A stretch of 64,000 bases of DNA from the human T2T-CHM13v2.0 reference genome, Homo sapiens. Position 1 is the first letter of the stretch; the number at the start of each line of letters is the position of its first letter. Position numbers and translations under genes: made by a program. Below the pieces are notes generated by a model. That model saw only the letters and a program-made list of their open reading frames with translations, searched no databases and was not told the DNA's origin. The DNA is taken from the NCBI RefSeq assembly GCF_009914755.1, contig NC_060931.1, one strand, 5' to 3'. Of the stretch, positions 12,901 to 24,775 are shown piece after piece.

Positions 12901-13758
12901 TGGACCCTGAGAATATAGTGAACAAAAGAAACATGACCATATCATAATAATAATAATTTCTATATTGTATCACTTATTTCAAGAATAGTCTGGCATAGAT
13001 TAAACATTTTATTTAAGAAAACAAATTGGGGAGTGGGGAGAAACACATGGGAAGTAAATTTGCCATGACTAAGTATCAAAGTCGTTCTATGTATTATGAA
13101 TATGTAACAATTATTGTAAGTAACACTGGACACTAAAATAGTTGCTGTTCACTTAAAGAGTGCTAGTATTTTATTTTAAAATTTCACTATACAGATGCAT
13201 ATCACAAAAAAAATGTACTAACTGCTTGAACAGAACTATTTATCAAGAATAAGAATAATAAGATTTTGTAAAATGTTCATGCCAAGAATGCAAAAGAAAA
13301 AAACAGCACAATAACCTCACAACTAAGACATACTATAAATATGTTATCAAAAGATAATTTTTACTCTTCCTAGCACATAAAAGATAATTTATTGTTTTCA
13401 AACTTAATTGATACTTTCTGTATTAGAACATATTACATATCAGTAATTTTCTTACCAAAATAGAACCCAATATATGTACAGTAAATATTTAAGAAAATAA
13501 GTTTGTCCTTAGCTTTAACATGAATGTGTACATATAAATATACATATGTACACTCACAGGAGTAACATACATTGACAAAAAATTACACTTAGCAAAGGTC
13601 CAAAATTGCACAAAAAAAATCCCGCTAGGACTTTTTTGCTATCTTTGAGGTTGGACAAAGAATGTATAAAATTACTGAAGTAACAAAAAAGGACACAAAA
13701 ACCACACTTCAAACAGACAAACTGCTTGTCAGTATTAGGACCTGATTTCACATACAGG

Positions 13759-13764
13759 TTTAAT
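13759..13764 (-). terminator. Candidate RNF133 polyadenylation signal (ATTAAA)
   Basis: First canonical hexamer about 24 nt past the stop codon. Confidence 0.4.
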
Positions 13765-13787
13765 ACACTTCCTCAAAAGTCATGCCA

Positions 13788-14918
13788 TCAAGGTGAAGGA
13801 TGAACATCTTCCACTACTGAATGAGGCTGGATGTCATTATTCTGAGAAGTAGGGTTCTCCTCCACATGGATTACTTTATCTGAGGTTCCTGCAGGAGAAA
13901 CTTCATTATTTGTCTCCTCTTCACTAGGTGATAAGGTTTCAGGCAGTTCATTTGACATTAGAACTTGCAAAGGTTCTGTTCCATTTTCAACAACCACTTG
14001 AATCCCCAAAACTTTAAGAATATCACATTTGCAAATGGGGCATGTCCCATGGGGTAAAATCCAGGGGTCAATGCAATTCTTGTGGAAAAAATGTTTACAA
14101 GTCAGAATACGAACTATGTCATTAGGCTTATAGCGTTCAAAGCAAATTACGCAGCTATCCCCATTTGGATTTATTTCTTCATCCCCCTCTTTTACTACTC
14201 GAAGTTGGAGTTGTCCAAATGTGTTCTGAAGATCTGTTGTTAATCGCTGCCATCTCCGGTTCTGAATCCTTGCTAAACAAAGTCTATGAATGTGATAAAA
14301 GATGAAATATGCTAAGGTAGCAGTTGTGACAATCACAAAAGAGACCAAATAGTGATTCATCCAGATGATGTGCTTTCTCCCCACCTCAACCACGGCTGTA
14401 ATGAGAACTCCCTTCTTAATTAAATGGAAAATTTCCGTGCCTTTTAAGTTACCAATCATAACCACAACGACATCTTCAAATGCCTGATGAAACATGGGGA
14501 ACACCTGGTTGCCAGTACCTGGAACGTTATAGATGATCACTCCACTGGCTCCCTTCTCAGTTGCCACTTTAATTTTCTGTGTGAAGGTACAACCTCCCCG
14601 TTCAATAAGTGCAAGCCAGGTCTCTGAGTACTTTGATCGGCTGAAAATGGTATTGGGATTACATGCATTTTGGATTTTTCCCTCTGGTGGCACTATAACT
14701 CCTGCCACTCTCTTCAAAGTGGAGCTTCTTCCAAAGACTCCAGTCTCTCCCAACTCTGACAACACATGATTCCCAACATGAAATGATATGTTCATATAAG
14801 CCATCCAAACAACACTTGCTCTGCAACAGTTCTGACTAACAAGCCAAAGAACACTGAACTTCATAAGCCAGGAAGAGGCAGTGTTGTTTCTCCAAGTGCC
14901 AACCTTGAGTAGATGCAT
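13788..14918 (-). CDS. RNF133: E3 ubiquitin ligase RNF133 (PA-TM-RING-H2, 376 aa), single coding exon
   Basis: First in-frame ATG at 14918 (MHLLKVGTWRNN; the ORF-track start 14975 is TTG); PA domain [54 protein letters not shown]2 CVIC...CKHFFHKNC...CPIC, acidic tail. Confidence 0.97.
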   Translation of the reverse strand: MHLLKVGTWRNNTASSWLMKFSVLWLVSQNCCRASVVWMAYMNISFHVGNHVLSELGETGVFGRSSTLKRVAGVIVPPEGKIQNACNPNTIFSRSKYSETWLALIERGGCTFTQKIKVATEKGASGVIIYNVPGTGNQVFPMFHQAFEDVVVVMIGNLKGTEIFHLIKKGVLITAVVEVGRKHIIWMNHYLVSFVIVTTATLAYFIFYHIHRLCLARIQNRRWQRLTTDLQNTFGQLQLRVVKEGDEEINPNGDSCVICFERYKPNDIVRILTCKHFFHKNCIDPWILPHGTCPICKCDILKVLGIQVVVENGTEPLQVLMSNELPETLSPSEEETNNEVSPAGTSDKVIHVEENPTSQNNDIQPHSVVEDVHPSP

Positions 14919-15164
14919 CTCTCTCTTCTCCGAGTGACTTAAGAACCAACCTAACAGTTGCACATCTGTTGACAATTAATTTAAAATAACGAAGAGAAAA
15001 AAATCTTCAGGATACAAACAAGATCCACTGTCTTCCAGCATGTTTTTGTAAGAAATTCTTAAAGATGGCTTATGAGTTTCAGATGTCTTACTAGAGAGAG
15101 GTGAAAAACTTTAGATTGAAAAATAAATCCCCTACTGTTAACTCTAGATACTGCTTACTATTGT

Positions 15165-15240
15165 GTGATGTGATTATGACATGCAAGACCCAGCAGCCAA
15201 TTAGATAAGAGCTTAGAGCATACTGTGAATTTATTGGCTT
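15165..15240 (-). promoter_or_regulatory. Putative RNF133 promoter (CRE-like site plus two opposed CCAAT boxes)
   Basis: attatgacat 15173-15182, ccaat 15197-15201, attgg 15233-15237; same layout upstream of RNF148. Confidence 0.6.
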
Positions 15241-17214
15241 AAATGCTGTTATGGGTGATTTCTATGTTGTTATAAGATGGATATAATCACTGAGCTACAT
15301 ATAATGGTAGTAGGTAGCACATTAAACTAAAAATTAAATCTAAAATTCATACAATGTGTGCTCTTTAAAGCCTGAAAGCACATGTAAGAATGTTTTATTT
15401 TCCCAGCAAGTGAAGGAGATATTTCCAACAAAATGGCAAGCTAAAAAAAAGGATAATTAAAAATTAGTGCAGTGACCGGATGTGAGGCAAAAGTGGTGAG
15501 CTTAGTGACATTATTTTTACATCAAAAAGTAAAAGTCACACTGCTAATTTTTGATTCATCACATAAACCATTATATTGCATTTATTTAATTTAAGCTTTC
15601 TGAGAAGTTTGTGGCTTTTGTTTTATGGTTTTGCTGTTTTAAAGTAAGGGATCCTGCTCAGTTTACTTCTGCCTCACTTTCTCTGTCTTACATTGACTGT
15701 ACAAATGTAGTAAGACTGACAGGAGTAAAGAAAGGACTGATATCTAGGGAAGCTAATTTCTCTGCAGACTTTGATGTCTGTTATTAATCAAACAATATTT
15801 TGAAAGAGGAGGAGAAAGGGTGTCAAGGGAAAGATTAAATATAGTCATATTAGTTTGGCACAATTCATTTTTTAAAAAACAGCTATTAAGAAAAACTTCA
15901 AGGTGCACACTTAAAGTTAACCATTAGCAGCAATAAGTAGATGCTTTTATCAAACATTTTTGCAGAACTTAACAAATATCCCTATTAGAAGATTCCACAG
16001 GCTCTGTCCACTCTGCCTATGTTTTTGCCACAATCATGTCAGTGGCACAATATGACATCAAAGCTAAAGGATGGCATGTGGACTCACAAGCATAGTAAGT
16101 TCACAAGCAGCCACGCTGCTACTGGTACACTTTCTTGGCGGTGAATCTCAGTGGGTTTTTTCCCACCAGCTAGGAAACCGAGGCCAAAGATTCTGACCTT
16201 GAACATGAATGTCTCTGGTCTACATACGTAAAGTGCTAGAAGTCACTTTTGGTTGGAACTCACCAGGACTAAAGGAGCTGTTACTTCTTATGAAATGTAA
16301 ATCTACAACATGGTAATTTGAGACAAGAAAGATGAAGGAACAAAGGGCCCTATGGGCCAACAAAAACTAGTATAAAAAGAATACTGATGATATAAAACAT
16401 ACCCACAAAGGTTGATTTTCTCTCCCAAAGGCCATTAATCCGATTTTATTTTCATACATCCCTGCACATTTTAAAAGGTAGTATATGGTGTGTATATTCA
16501 CAAAGTGACACTGAGGTATCAAAAGTTTAGCATATCATCCAGAAACAGAAATTTTCATCAATACAACAATACCTAAATCTTTCTGTCTCTCATTGTTATA
16601 TAGGTGTTTATTCATCTACTAGAAAAAAGGAAGATGCAAAATAAGGCAAAGAATATAACATCGAAAGGCAATTGAACAAAATTTTAGCTCTGCCCTATGT
16701 TATCAAAATGCCCCCAGAGAAACATTCATTACCATTTGGAGAGGAAAAGAGAAGCATTTACTAAGGACACTTCTAGAAAAGAAATCTGCTACCATAGCTG
16801 AGTCACTATGCTAGGATTTAAAGAGCTCTGGCAAACAAAAGTGAATGTTTGCAATGTTATCCTAAATGAAGCCTATAATAATTTAGAACACTTTTCCTTA
16901 CATATCCAAAGTACTATCATCTAAAATAATTATTTAGAACACATTACCAATCCAGTGAGTAGCTTTGGAAACTAGATTTCCTGGGTATTAATAAAATTAA
17001 TTAACCATGGAGAATCAGAGATATAAATTATTAGATACCAAAATTAGTCAAAATGTGGAAACAAAGTACAAGAATTAGTATTAAAAAAGGAAACTTTAAA
17101 ATAGCATGGCTAATTCTCTATGGCAATGTCACAATCCTAGTAACTTGAAGAAAAAAAAATTTGTTTTTAACATATACTAATGTTCTTATTTGGATAAGGG
17201 CAAAAAGGGATACG

Positions 17215-17614
17215 ATTAAGAAAATGTGGCACATATACACCATGGAATACTATGCAGCCATAAAAATGGATGAGTTCATGTCCTTTGTAGGGACATGGAT
17301 GAAGCTGGAAACCATCATTCTCAGCGAACTATCGCAAGGACAAAAAACCAAACACCGCATGTTCTCACTCATAGGTGGGAATTGAACAATGAGAACACAT
17401 GGACACAGGAAGGGGAACGTCACACACCGGGGCCTGTTGTGGGGTGGGGGAAGCGGGGAGGGATAGCATTTGGAGATATACCTAATGTTAAATGACGAGT
17501 TACTGGGTGCAGCACACCAACATGGCACATGTATACATATGTAACTAACCTGCACGTTGTGCCCATGTACCCTAAAACTTAAAGTATAATAAAAAATAAA
17601 TAAATAAAATAAAA
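17215..17614 (+). mobile_element. L1PA (about PA4) 3' fragment
   Basis: End of ORF2 ([14 protein letters not shown]...SLIGGN), 3'UTR G-tract, A-rich tail. Confidence 0.95.
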
Positions 17615-17684
17615 TTCACCTAAAAAAACAATTAAAACTGATTAGAAAGACAAGAAGTTCAAATAGCTGGGCATGATAAGGAGT

Positions 17685-17690
17685 TTTATT
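17685..17690 (-). terminator. Candidate RNF148 polyadenylation signal (AATAAA)
   Basis: Canonical hexamer about 145 nt past the stop codon. Confidence 0.6.
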
Positions 17691-17832
17691 TTTAAAACAC
17701 AAATTTCACCCTTGTTCATACTTGGGTAGAGAAGCTGAAATTTTCTCTCTACATAAAGTACAATAAGACAATTTATCTAATCTTTGTATTTGGAAAGATC
17801 TGGTTACATCTTCAGAAAATTCTCCAGATTTC

Positions 17833-18750
17833 TTAAGTTTTCAGGATGTCACACTTGCACATGGGACATGTCCTATGGGCTAAAAGCCAGGGGTCAATGC
17901 ATGCCTTATGGAAAAAATGTTTGCAAGTTAAAATGCGTACTACATCTTGGGGTTTGTATGTGTCAAAGCAAACAACACAGTTGTCTTCATTTAGGTCTAA
18001 TTCCTCATCCCCTTCTTTGAGAACTCGCAGTTGAAGCTGGTCAATAGCTTTCTTCACATCTGTCTTTATTTGACTTCGCCTCCTGGTGAAAGAATTGGGC
18101 ACTCTAGGTGTAAGTCTCCAGACGCAATCTAAGTAAAAGTAGGCAATTGTGGCAGCCAGGAAGGTAAATAGATACATGATGTAATGGCTCACCCACTGCA
18201 TGTGCATTCTCCCCACTTCAATGATGACTGTCACATAGACTCCTTTCTGAATCGAGTGCAAAATTTCCATGCCTTTCAGGTTGCTTATCATCACCGCGAC
18301 TATATTTTCCGTCCCCTGGTGAGACATGGGAAATACTTTACTGCCCGTACCTTGATAGTTGTAGATGATCACCCCATTTGCTCCCTTCTCTGCTGCCACG
18401 TTGATTTTATGTGTAAAAGTACAGCCTCCACGTTCGATGAGGGCCAGCCATGAGTCTGCCTGTTTGGGCCTGCTGAAATTGGTCAAAGGATGACAGGCAT
18501 TCTGATTCCATCCTTCAGGAAGTGCCACCACACCAGACACCCTTTCCAGAGGAGAATGATTCCCGAACACTCCACTCTCTCCTAATTCCGATGTGATCTC
18601 ATTTCCAACCTGAAATGTTATATTCAGGTGAGCTGTCCAAATGGCTTTTCCGTTTGAGTCAGGAAAGCTAAGTAGTAGAAAGATACTAAGCCTCAAAAGT
18701 CCAGATGAAACAGAACTATGCGTCGAAGGGGTAATTCTAAGGAAGCTCAT
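17833..18750 (-). CDS. RNF148: RING finger protein 148 (signal peptide-PA-TM-RING-H2, 305 aa), single coding exon
   Basis: Intact ORF; hydrophobic N-terminus [14 protein letters not shown] domain, [25 protein letters not shown]2 CVVC...CKHFFHKAC...CPMC; clear paralog of RNF133. Confidence 0.97.
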
Positions 18751-18974
18751 GCCTCCATTTGTCTATTAAGAGACAAACATGAGAAAACAAAACAACATCA
18801 GTTGTAGAAGAACATAAAGAAGATAGCTTGTTGGCGGCAGATTACTAAAGCACATAAATGGAAAAGGTCTCCCTGGATCAAAGCTATCTTGCTCCTTCCA
18901 GTATTTTAATATTTAGTAGATTATCTTTCTCATAATGAAACAAAATAACAAGACTTGTGATTGGTACCATGTGA

Positions 18975-19082
18975 TTTCAAGAAAATTATGACATCCAAAT
19001 GGGGAAATTATGACATCAGAGGTAGTTAAACCAATCCAAGAGTTTATATTAGTGCATTGCATCCTGAAATCCTATTGGCCAA
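18975..19082 (-). promoter_or_regulatory. Putative RNF148 promoter (duplicated CRE-like site plus two opposed CCAAT boxes)
   Basis: aaattatgacatc at 18983-18995 and 19005-19017 (TGACATCA 19011-19018), ccaat 19031-19035, attgg 19074-19078. Confidence 0.6.
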
Positions 19083-19304
19083 AAAGCTAAGCAATGAGTC
19101 AAGATACATAACAATTTGAATAGGCTGTAAAGCAATAAATAAACTGGTAAGAATTTTTTAAAGCCTTGGGTTTCTTCCTTAGTTCTGGAGAGACTGAAAA
19201 TCTACCCAGCCATATAATGTTTTTTCTAGCTGTAAGGCAAAGGCAAAGATAAAAATAATTCATGTATTAGTGCATGTACCTGGGCCAGTTGCCAGTTTTC
19301 ATGC

Positions 19305-19410
19305 ATGGTTCAACACTACCCAATATGGCATTCTGTGGGATGGTTCAACACTACCGAATATGGCATTCTGTGGGATGGTTCAACACTACCCAGTATGGCA
19401 TTCTGTGGGA
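19305..19410. repeat. Tandem repeat, 3 x 35 bp
   Basis: atggttcaacactacccaatatggcattctgtggg starting at 19305, 19340 and 19375. Confidence 0.95.
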
Positions 19411-20766
19411 AGTAGGAGCAAACCATTCCCACCCACTTCCCACATTAAATGCCTATCCCACACCTAAAGATCCAACACTAAGAAAACAGTGTAAACTCTT
19501 ATTGTTAGCCTAATACAGTCCCATCTTCTGGTAAGAACCTACTATGTGCTGGCAAATACTGAGAGTGGACATATATTGGAGAAGAAAATAGAGACGGCCC
19601 TACTCTTGTAGAGGCTAAGGATTTTGGATGATGTCCCAAGGACAAGAGAAACACACTGTAGGGTTCTAAGCCAGGGAGGTGACAAATGTGTTTCAAAATG
19701 TTCACTTTGGTTGCTTTATGGGGAAAATGTATTGGAGAGGGAGAATAACAAGAGAATGAGCTTAGGCAAAAGAAGATAGTGGCTTGGACTCAAAGTAGCA
19801 GCATAGATGTAGAGACACAGACAAAGGCTGAATAACAGATTTAGTAACTGGAAGGACAGTAGTGGGAAGAGGAAAGGATGGCCACAATGATAAAAAATCA
19901 CTACATGATTTTTGCAAATTACAGAATCTTTACGGCTTTAAAGATGCCTTATTGTTTAGTTTTATCTTAAATCTTTATCTAAAGTCTGTTTCAAGGAGCC
20001 AATAAATTGGCAACACCCACTCAAAAATTTATTTTCTATCATGTATAGGTTATCTTCTATGTGCTCAGCATGCCACAAAGTCCTAGGGATAGAAAAAGAA
20101 AAGACCTTATTTCCTAGTGTGAAAAATGGACATGAACATTTAATCATAGACATGATAGAGTTTTCTCATTTGGACAAAAGCATTTATTGTATTCCCTGGC
20201 CTATTTTAGTTAATATTTGTTAGTATTCCCTGTATTTTAGTTAATATTTGCTTTTTTAAAAAAAAACTCTAGGAAACAGTCTACTTGTCCCATTCATGCA
20301 ATTCTGTTGAAGCATGATTCAGGTAACACCTGAACTGTCCTTACAGGTAGACGTTTTTTTTTTCATGTTCAAATGGAGTGAATTCCTGGCTGATTCTATT
20401 AACAGTGACAAATTGAAGCCTCATTAAGAAGACGGTTTAACATCATCATATTAGAGGTAATTTGTTAAATCTGTGATTATTTAACCTTTGGAAGTAGGAT
20501 TACAAAATAATATAACTCTGACTTTTTATTTTGCAGATTTTTTGTGGGTGAAGTGTTTAACCTGTAACTATATTTTGCTTCAAAACATATCTCACATCAA
20601 AAGGTTCTCTGTATGGTTGAAAGGACCAATTTGAGGAACTTAGCTCATTCATTCTATTTTTCTCATTATAATATAAAGTGGTTAAGGCAATGATAGAACT
20701 GCCCTCTCTTCTGCCCTCGTCTTACAACAAAATAGACCTATAAGAAACAATCATCTATCTCTTAAA

Positions 20767-20980
20767 AAGTGGTTTTCAACTTGGGGGCAATTTTGCCTCT
20801 CAGGGGACATCTGGCTGCTTCTGCAGACATTTTTTGATTGTCACAATTAGAGAGTGCTACCAGCATCTAGCGAGTACACACCAGCGTTGCCACTAAAACA
20901 TCTGAAAATGCACATAGTAGCTCCACATAATAAGAAATTATGTGGTCCAAAATATCAATAGTAAGGTTAAGAAACCCTAA
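20767..20980. mobile_element. MER20 hAT DNA transposon
   Basis: agtggttttcaacttgggggcaattttgcc...gttaagaaaccct. Confidence 0.8.
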
Positions 20981-21419
20981 TCTAATGAAACAGCCTGAGG
21001 AGAGAAGCATCCCAAAACTCTCCCAACCCCGATGGGTGGTCAGGTATAAATTCTCGACACAAAATAAGCTTTTATAATTGACAATGCTTCCATCAAGGAT
21101 GAGGCCCTCAATGCAACTTAATTTCTCTAGTTTTCCCTGGAATAGAAACAGGAGAGATCTGTACAAGTTACCTTTTAGTCCATTAAGTATCATGACAAAT
21201 TGCATATATTTTATCAGAATGAGGTCTAAGAGTCTTCCTGGAACCGCATGTGACTGGGAGACAGAGAGAGAGACTGGATGATTGAGGCTACTGTAATCTG
21301 TTCCTTTTAGATCATTTATTCAATACATGGACATTCTTTCTAACAGCCAAATATTGAAGAGTTTTTCATTCTGTTGAATTTTGCAGGTAGGTTACAGAGA
21401 ATTGAAATATATTAGTAGA

Positions 21420-22280
21420 GATAATATATAATATGTAATATAATATTATATATTATCTATATTATATATTATATATATTTATATTATATATTATCTATAT
21501 TATATATTATATATATTTATATTGTATATTATCTATATTATATATTATATATATTTATATTATATATTATCTATATTATATATTATATAAAATATTTTAT
21601 ATATTATATAACATTTATATATTATATATGATATATAATATATTATATAATATATCTCATATATAATATATTATATATCACATATTATATATAATATATC
21701 ATATAATATATAATATAGCATATATTATATAATATATAATATATATAATATATATGATATATTATATAATATATATCATATATAATATAATATATATGAT
21801 ATATAATAATATATATTTATATATAATATATATTATATAACATATTATACATATTATATATAATATAATAAATATAATATAATATAATATATAATATAAT
21901 ATATAATATATAATATAATATATAATATATAATATATAATATAATATATAATATATAATATATTATATAATATAATGTATAATATATTATATAATATAAT
22001 GTATAATATATTATATAATATAATATATAATATATTATATAATATAATATATAATATATTATATAATATAATATATAATATATTATATAATATAATATAT
22101 AATATATTATATAATATAATATATAATATATTATATAATATAATATATAATATATTATATAATATAATATATATTATATTATATAATATAATATATAATA
22201 TATTATATAATATAATATATAATATTATATATTATATAATATTTATATATATTATATATTATATAAATATATATTATATA
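21420..22280. repeat. About 860-bp almost pure A/T low-complexity tandem array
   Basis: Nested ~40-bp and 24-bp TA-rich units (tataatatattatataatataata). Confidence 0.97.
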
Positions 22281-22692
22281 TTCAAGGATTTATATATTCA
22301 AGGAATATATATATGTTTATATATTCAAGGAATATATATATATGCTTATATATTCAAGGAATATATATATGCTTATATATTCAAGGAATATATATATATG
22401 CTTATATATTCAAGGAATATATATATGCTTATATATTCAAGGAATACATATATGCTTATATATTCAAGGAATACATATATGCTTATATATTCAAGGAATA
22501 TATATATGCTTATATATTCAAGGAATATATATATATATGCTTATATATTCAAGGAATATACATATATGCTTATATATTCAAGGAATATATATATATGCTT
22601 ATATATTCAAGGAATATATATATATGCTTATATATTCAAGGAATATATATATATGCTTATATATTCAAGGAATATATATATGTTTATATATT
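22281..22692. repeat. Minisatellite with ~27-33-bp unit tatatattcaaggaa(ta)n-tgct
   Basis: About 14 visible copies differing in internal TA number. Confidence 0.95.
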
Positions 22693-24627
22693 CCTTTTGT
22701 AGGCAGGCTAAAGAGAACTGAAACATATTACTAGGGTTGGTTCAACTGGTTCAAAAAGTCATTCTACCTAACTCTTGTTAACAGCGAATATGTATATATA
22801 TATATATCACACACACTTAAGAGATAGGTTGTGTGTGTGTGTATATATATATAGTTACATGCTCTTAACAAGAGATAGGTAGAACATATATATATATATT
22901 CTTTTATATATACATATTCCTTGCTCATATATATGTATATATACTTATATAAGAGCAAGGAATATATATATATATAAAATGTATGTGTGTGTGTGTACAT
23001 ACATATATATATATACACACACACATATATATATATGTATGTACACACACACACACATTTTTTTTTTCCAGAAACTTACCAGACTTCCCTCAATGTCTCT
23101 TTGGCTAGAATTGCTTCACAAACCCATGCCTAATGAAATCCTTGGAAACCGGAGTGGAATCATCATGATTATCTTAGGTTAATCATGATTTATCCTGTTG
23201 TAGAGAGCTCTTTCCCTGGCTGAGCACATGGCCAGAGGAAGGGTGAAGATTTGAATGCTGTGTTACTAAGGGGAAAGACATGAACCAGAAGGTAAGCAGG
23301 CAGGCACAATGGCAGTTACAGGCTCTAAATTCCTGAAGTATCCCCAAAGGAATAATACTTAACCATTAACCGCAACAAACATGTAATATGCACTGTACAC
23401 AAGGCACTGACATGAGCCAGAGTCTCTGTTAATGGGGACACAACATGGCTCTGACCTTAAGGAGGGCATCATCTAGGCAGAATAAAAGAGTTACATGCAA
23501 GTTGGATGTATATATGCATGTATCCTATAACTTCCAGGCGCCAATTAAATTTTTTAGAAGGTTATAACTATTATTAAGAGAGAAAAAATCAACTAACTGA
23601 CCTCTACCCCTCTGCTATTCTTTGATCTCTATGGGTAAGAGTGCTCACACTTCCAGAAATCTCTACTCCAATAAAGCAAAACAGATAAATACAATCACAT
23701 TGCACTGCTCAGATAGCATCTTTAAGATGAAAGGAAAACCAATAAACTACCTCACAAGTGTCAGTATCCAGAGCTATAATATCATGAGAGCTCTCTAGGA
23801 ATTCAAAAAACATTTATTTTGCATTTAGGCTCAAACACTACAACTATGTATGTTTTTTTTGCAAGAAATTAAATGAATCATAACGAGATCTGAGGAAAAC
23901 AGAATATTGACTCTAAAGTACCTCACTGAGAGCAGCACAAAAGCAAAGAGTACTAATGATAATATTTTTCTGAAAGCAGAATCTTTACTTTTACAATTTT
24001 TAATGTTTTCTTATATATATATATATGTTATTATTTGCAAGCATCTCCTCTAATTACAGCTAATATATTACTGGTTAAAAAAACTTCATAGTTTCATGTA
24101 ACAAAACTAGTTTATATAAAGGCATTTCTGGATTGTGGCAACTATAATTCTTATTTCTATATATATATTTTAAGTAAATTTTGTTGTGTATATTTAATGT
24201 GTATAACATGATGCTGTAAGGTACACATATATAGTAAAATGGTTGCTATAATGGAACAAATGACCATATCTGTCATCTCATATAGTTATCCATTTGTCCT
24301 CCTGTTGCAAGTGCTGCTATAATCTACCCATTTAGAAAAAATCCTGATATAATTCCCTCTACAAAATTAACTATTCTATTAATCTCCTTGAAGGACAGGA
24401 TTAAATCTTATTCTCATCTTTTTAATACCCAGCTTCTAGGACAATATCTACCACATCATAGGTTCTCAATAAAAGTTGAATTAAATTGATAGCGTCATTA
24501 TCCTCTGTATTCTATCCAGTAATATTCCTTATGCAAAATTGTATCTACTGAGTTTTATCTTCAGAAAGGTGATCATTTCAGTAAGAGTATAGGATAGTTA
24601 GAATATTCATAATGAGTTCAACTGATT

Positions 24628-24726
24628 CTATATATGTACACACAATATGTGTGTGTATATATATATGTGTGTGGATATATATATATATATATATATTGGA
24701 TATGTAGATCCAAACATATTGTATTC

Positions 24727-24773
<47 letters not shown>
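24628..24773. repeat. (TA)n/(TG)n microsatellites including an uninterrupted (TA)~21
   Basis: Direct reading; pure run at 24730-24773. Confidence 0.95.

Positions 24774-24775
<2 letters not shown>

Noticed and set aside
14919-14975. 19-aa N-terminal extension of RNF133 in the ORF track
   Set aside because: It starts at TTG; the first in-frame ATG is at 14918
19305-19410. 35-bp repeats as a CRISPR-like array
   Set aside because: The units are contiguous with no spacers, and the context is eukaryotic
21975-23182. Long Tyr/Ile/Asn-rich ORFs
   Set aside because: Translations of TA-rich tandem repeats
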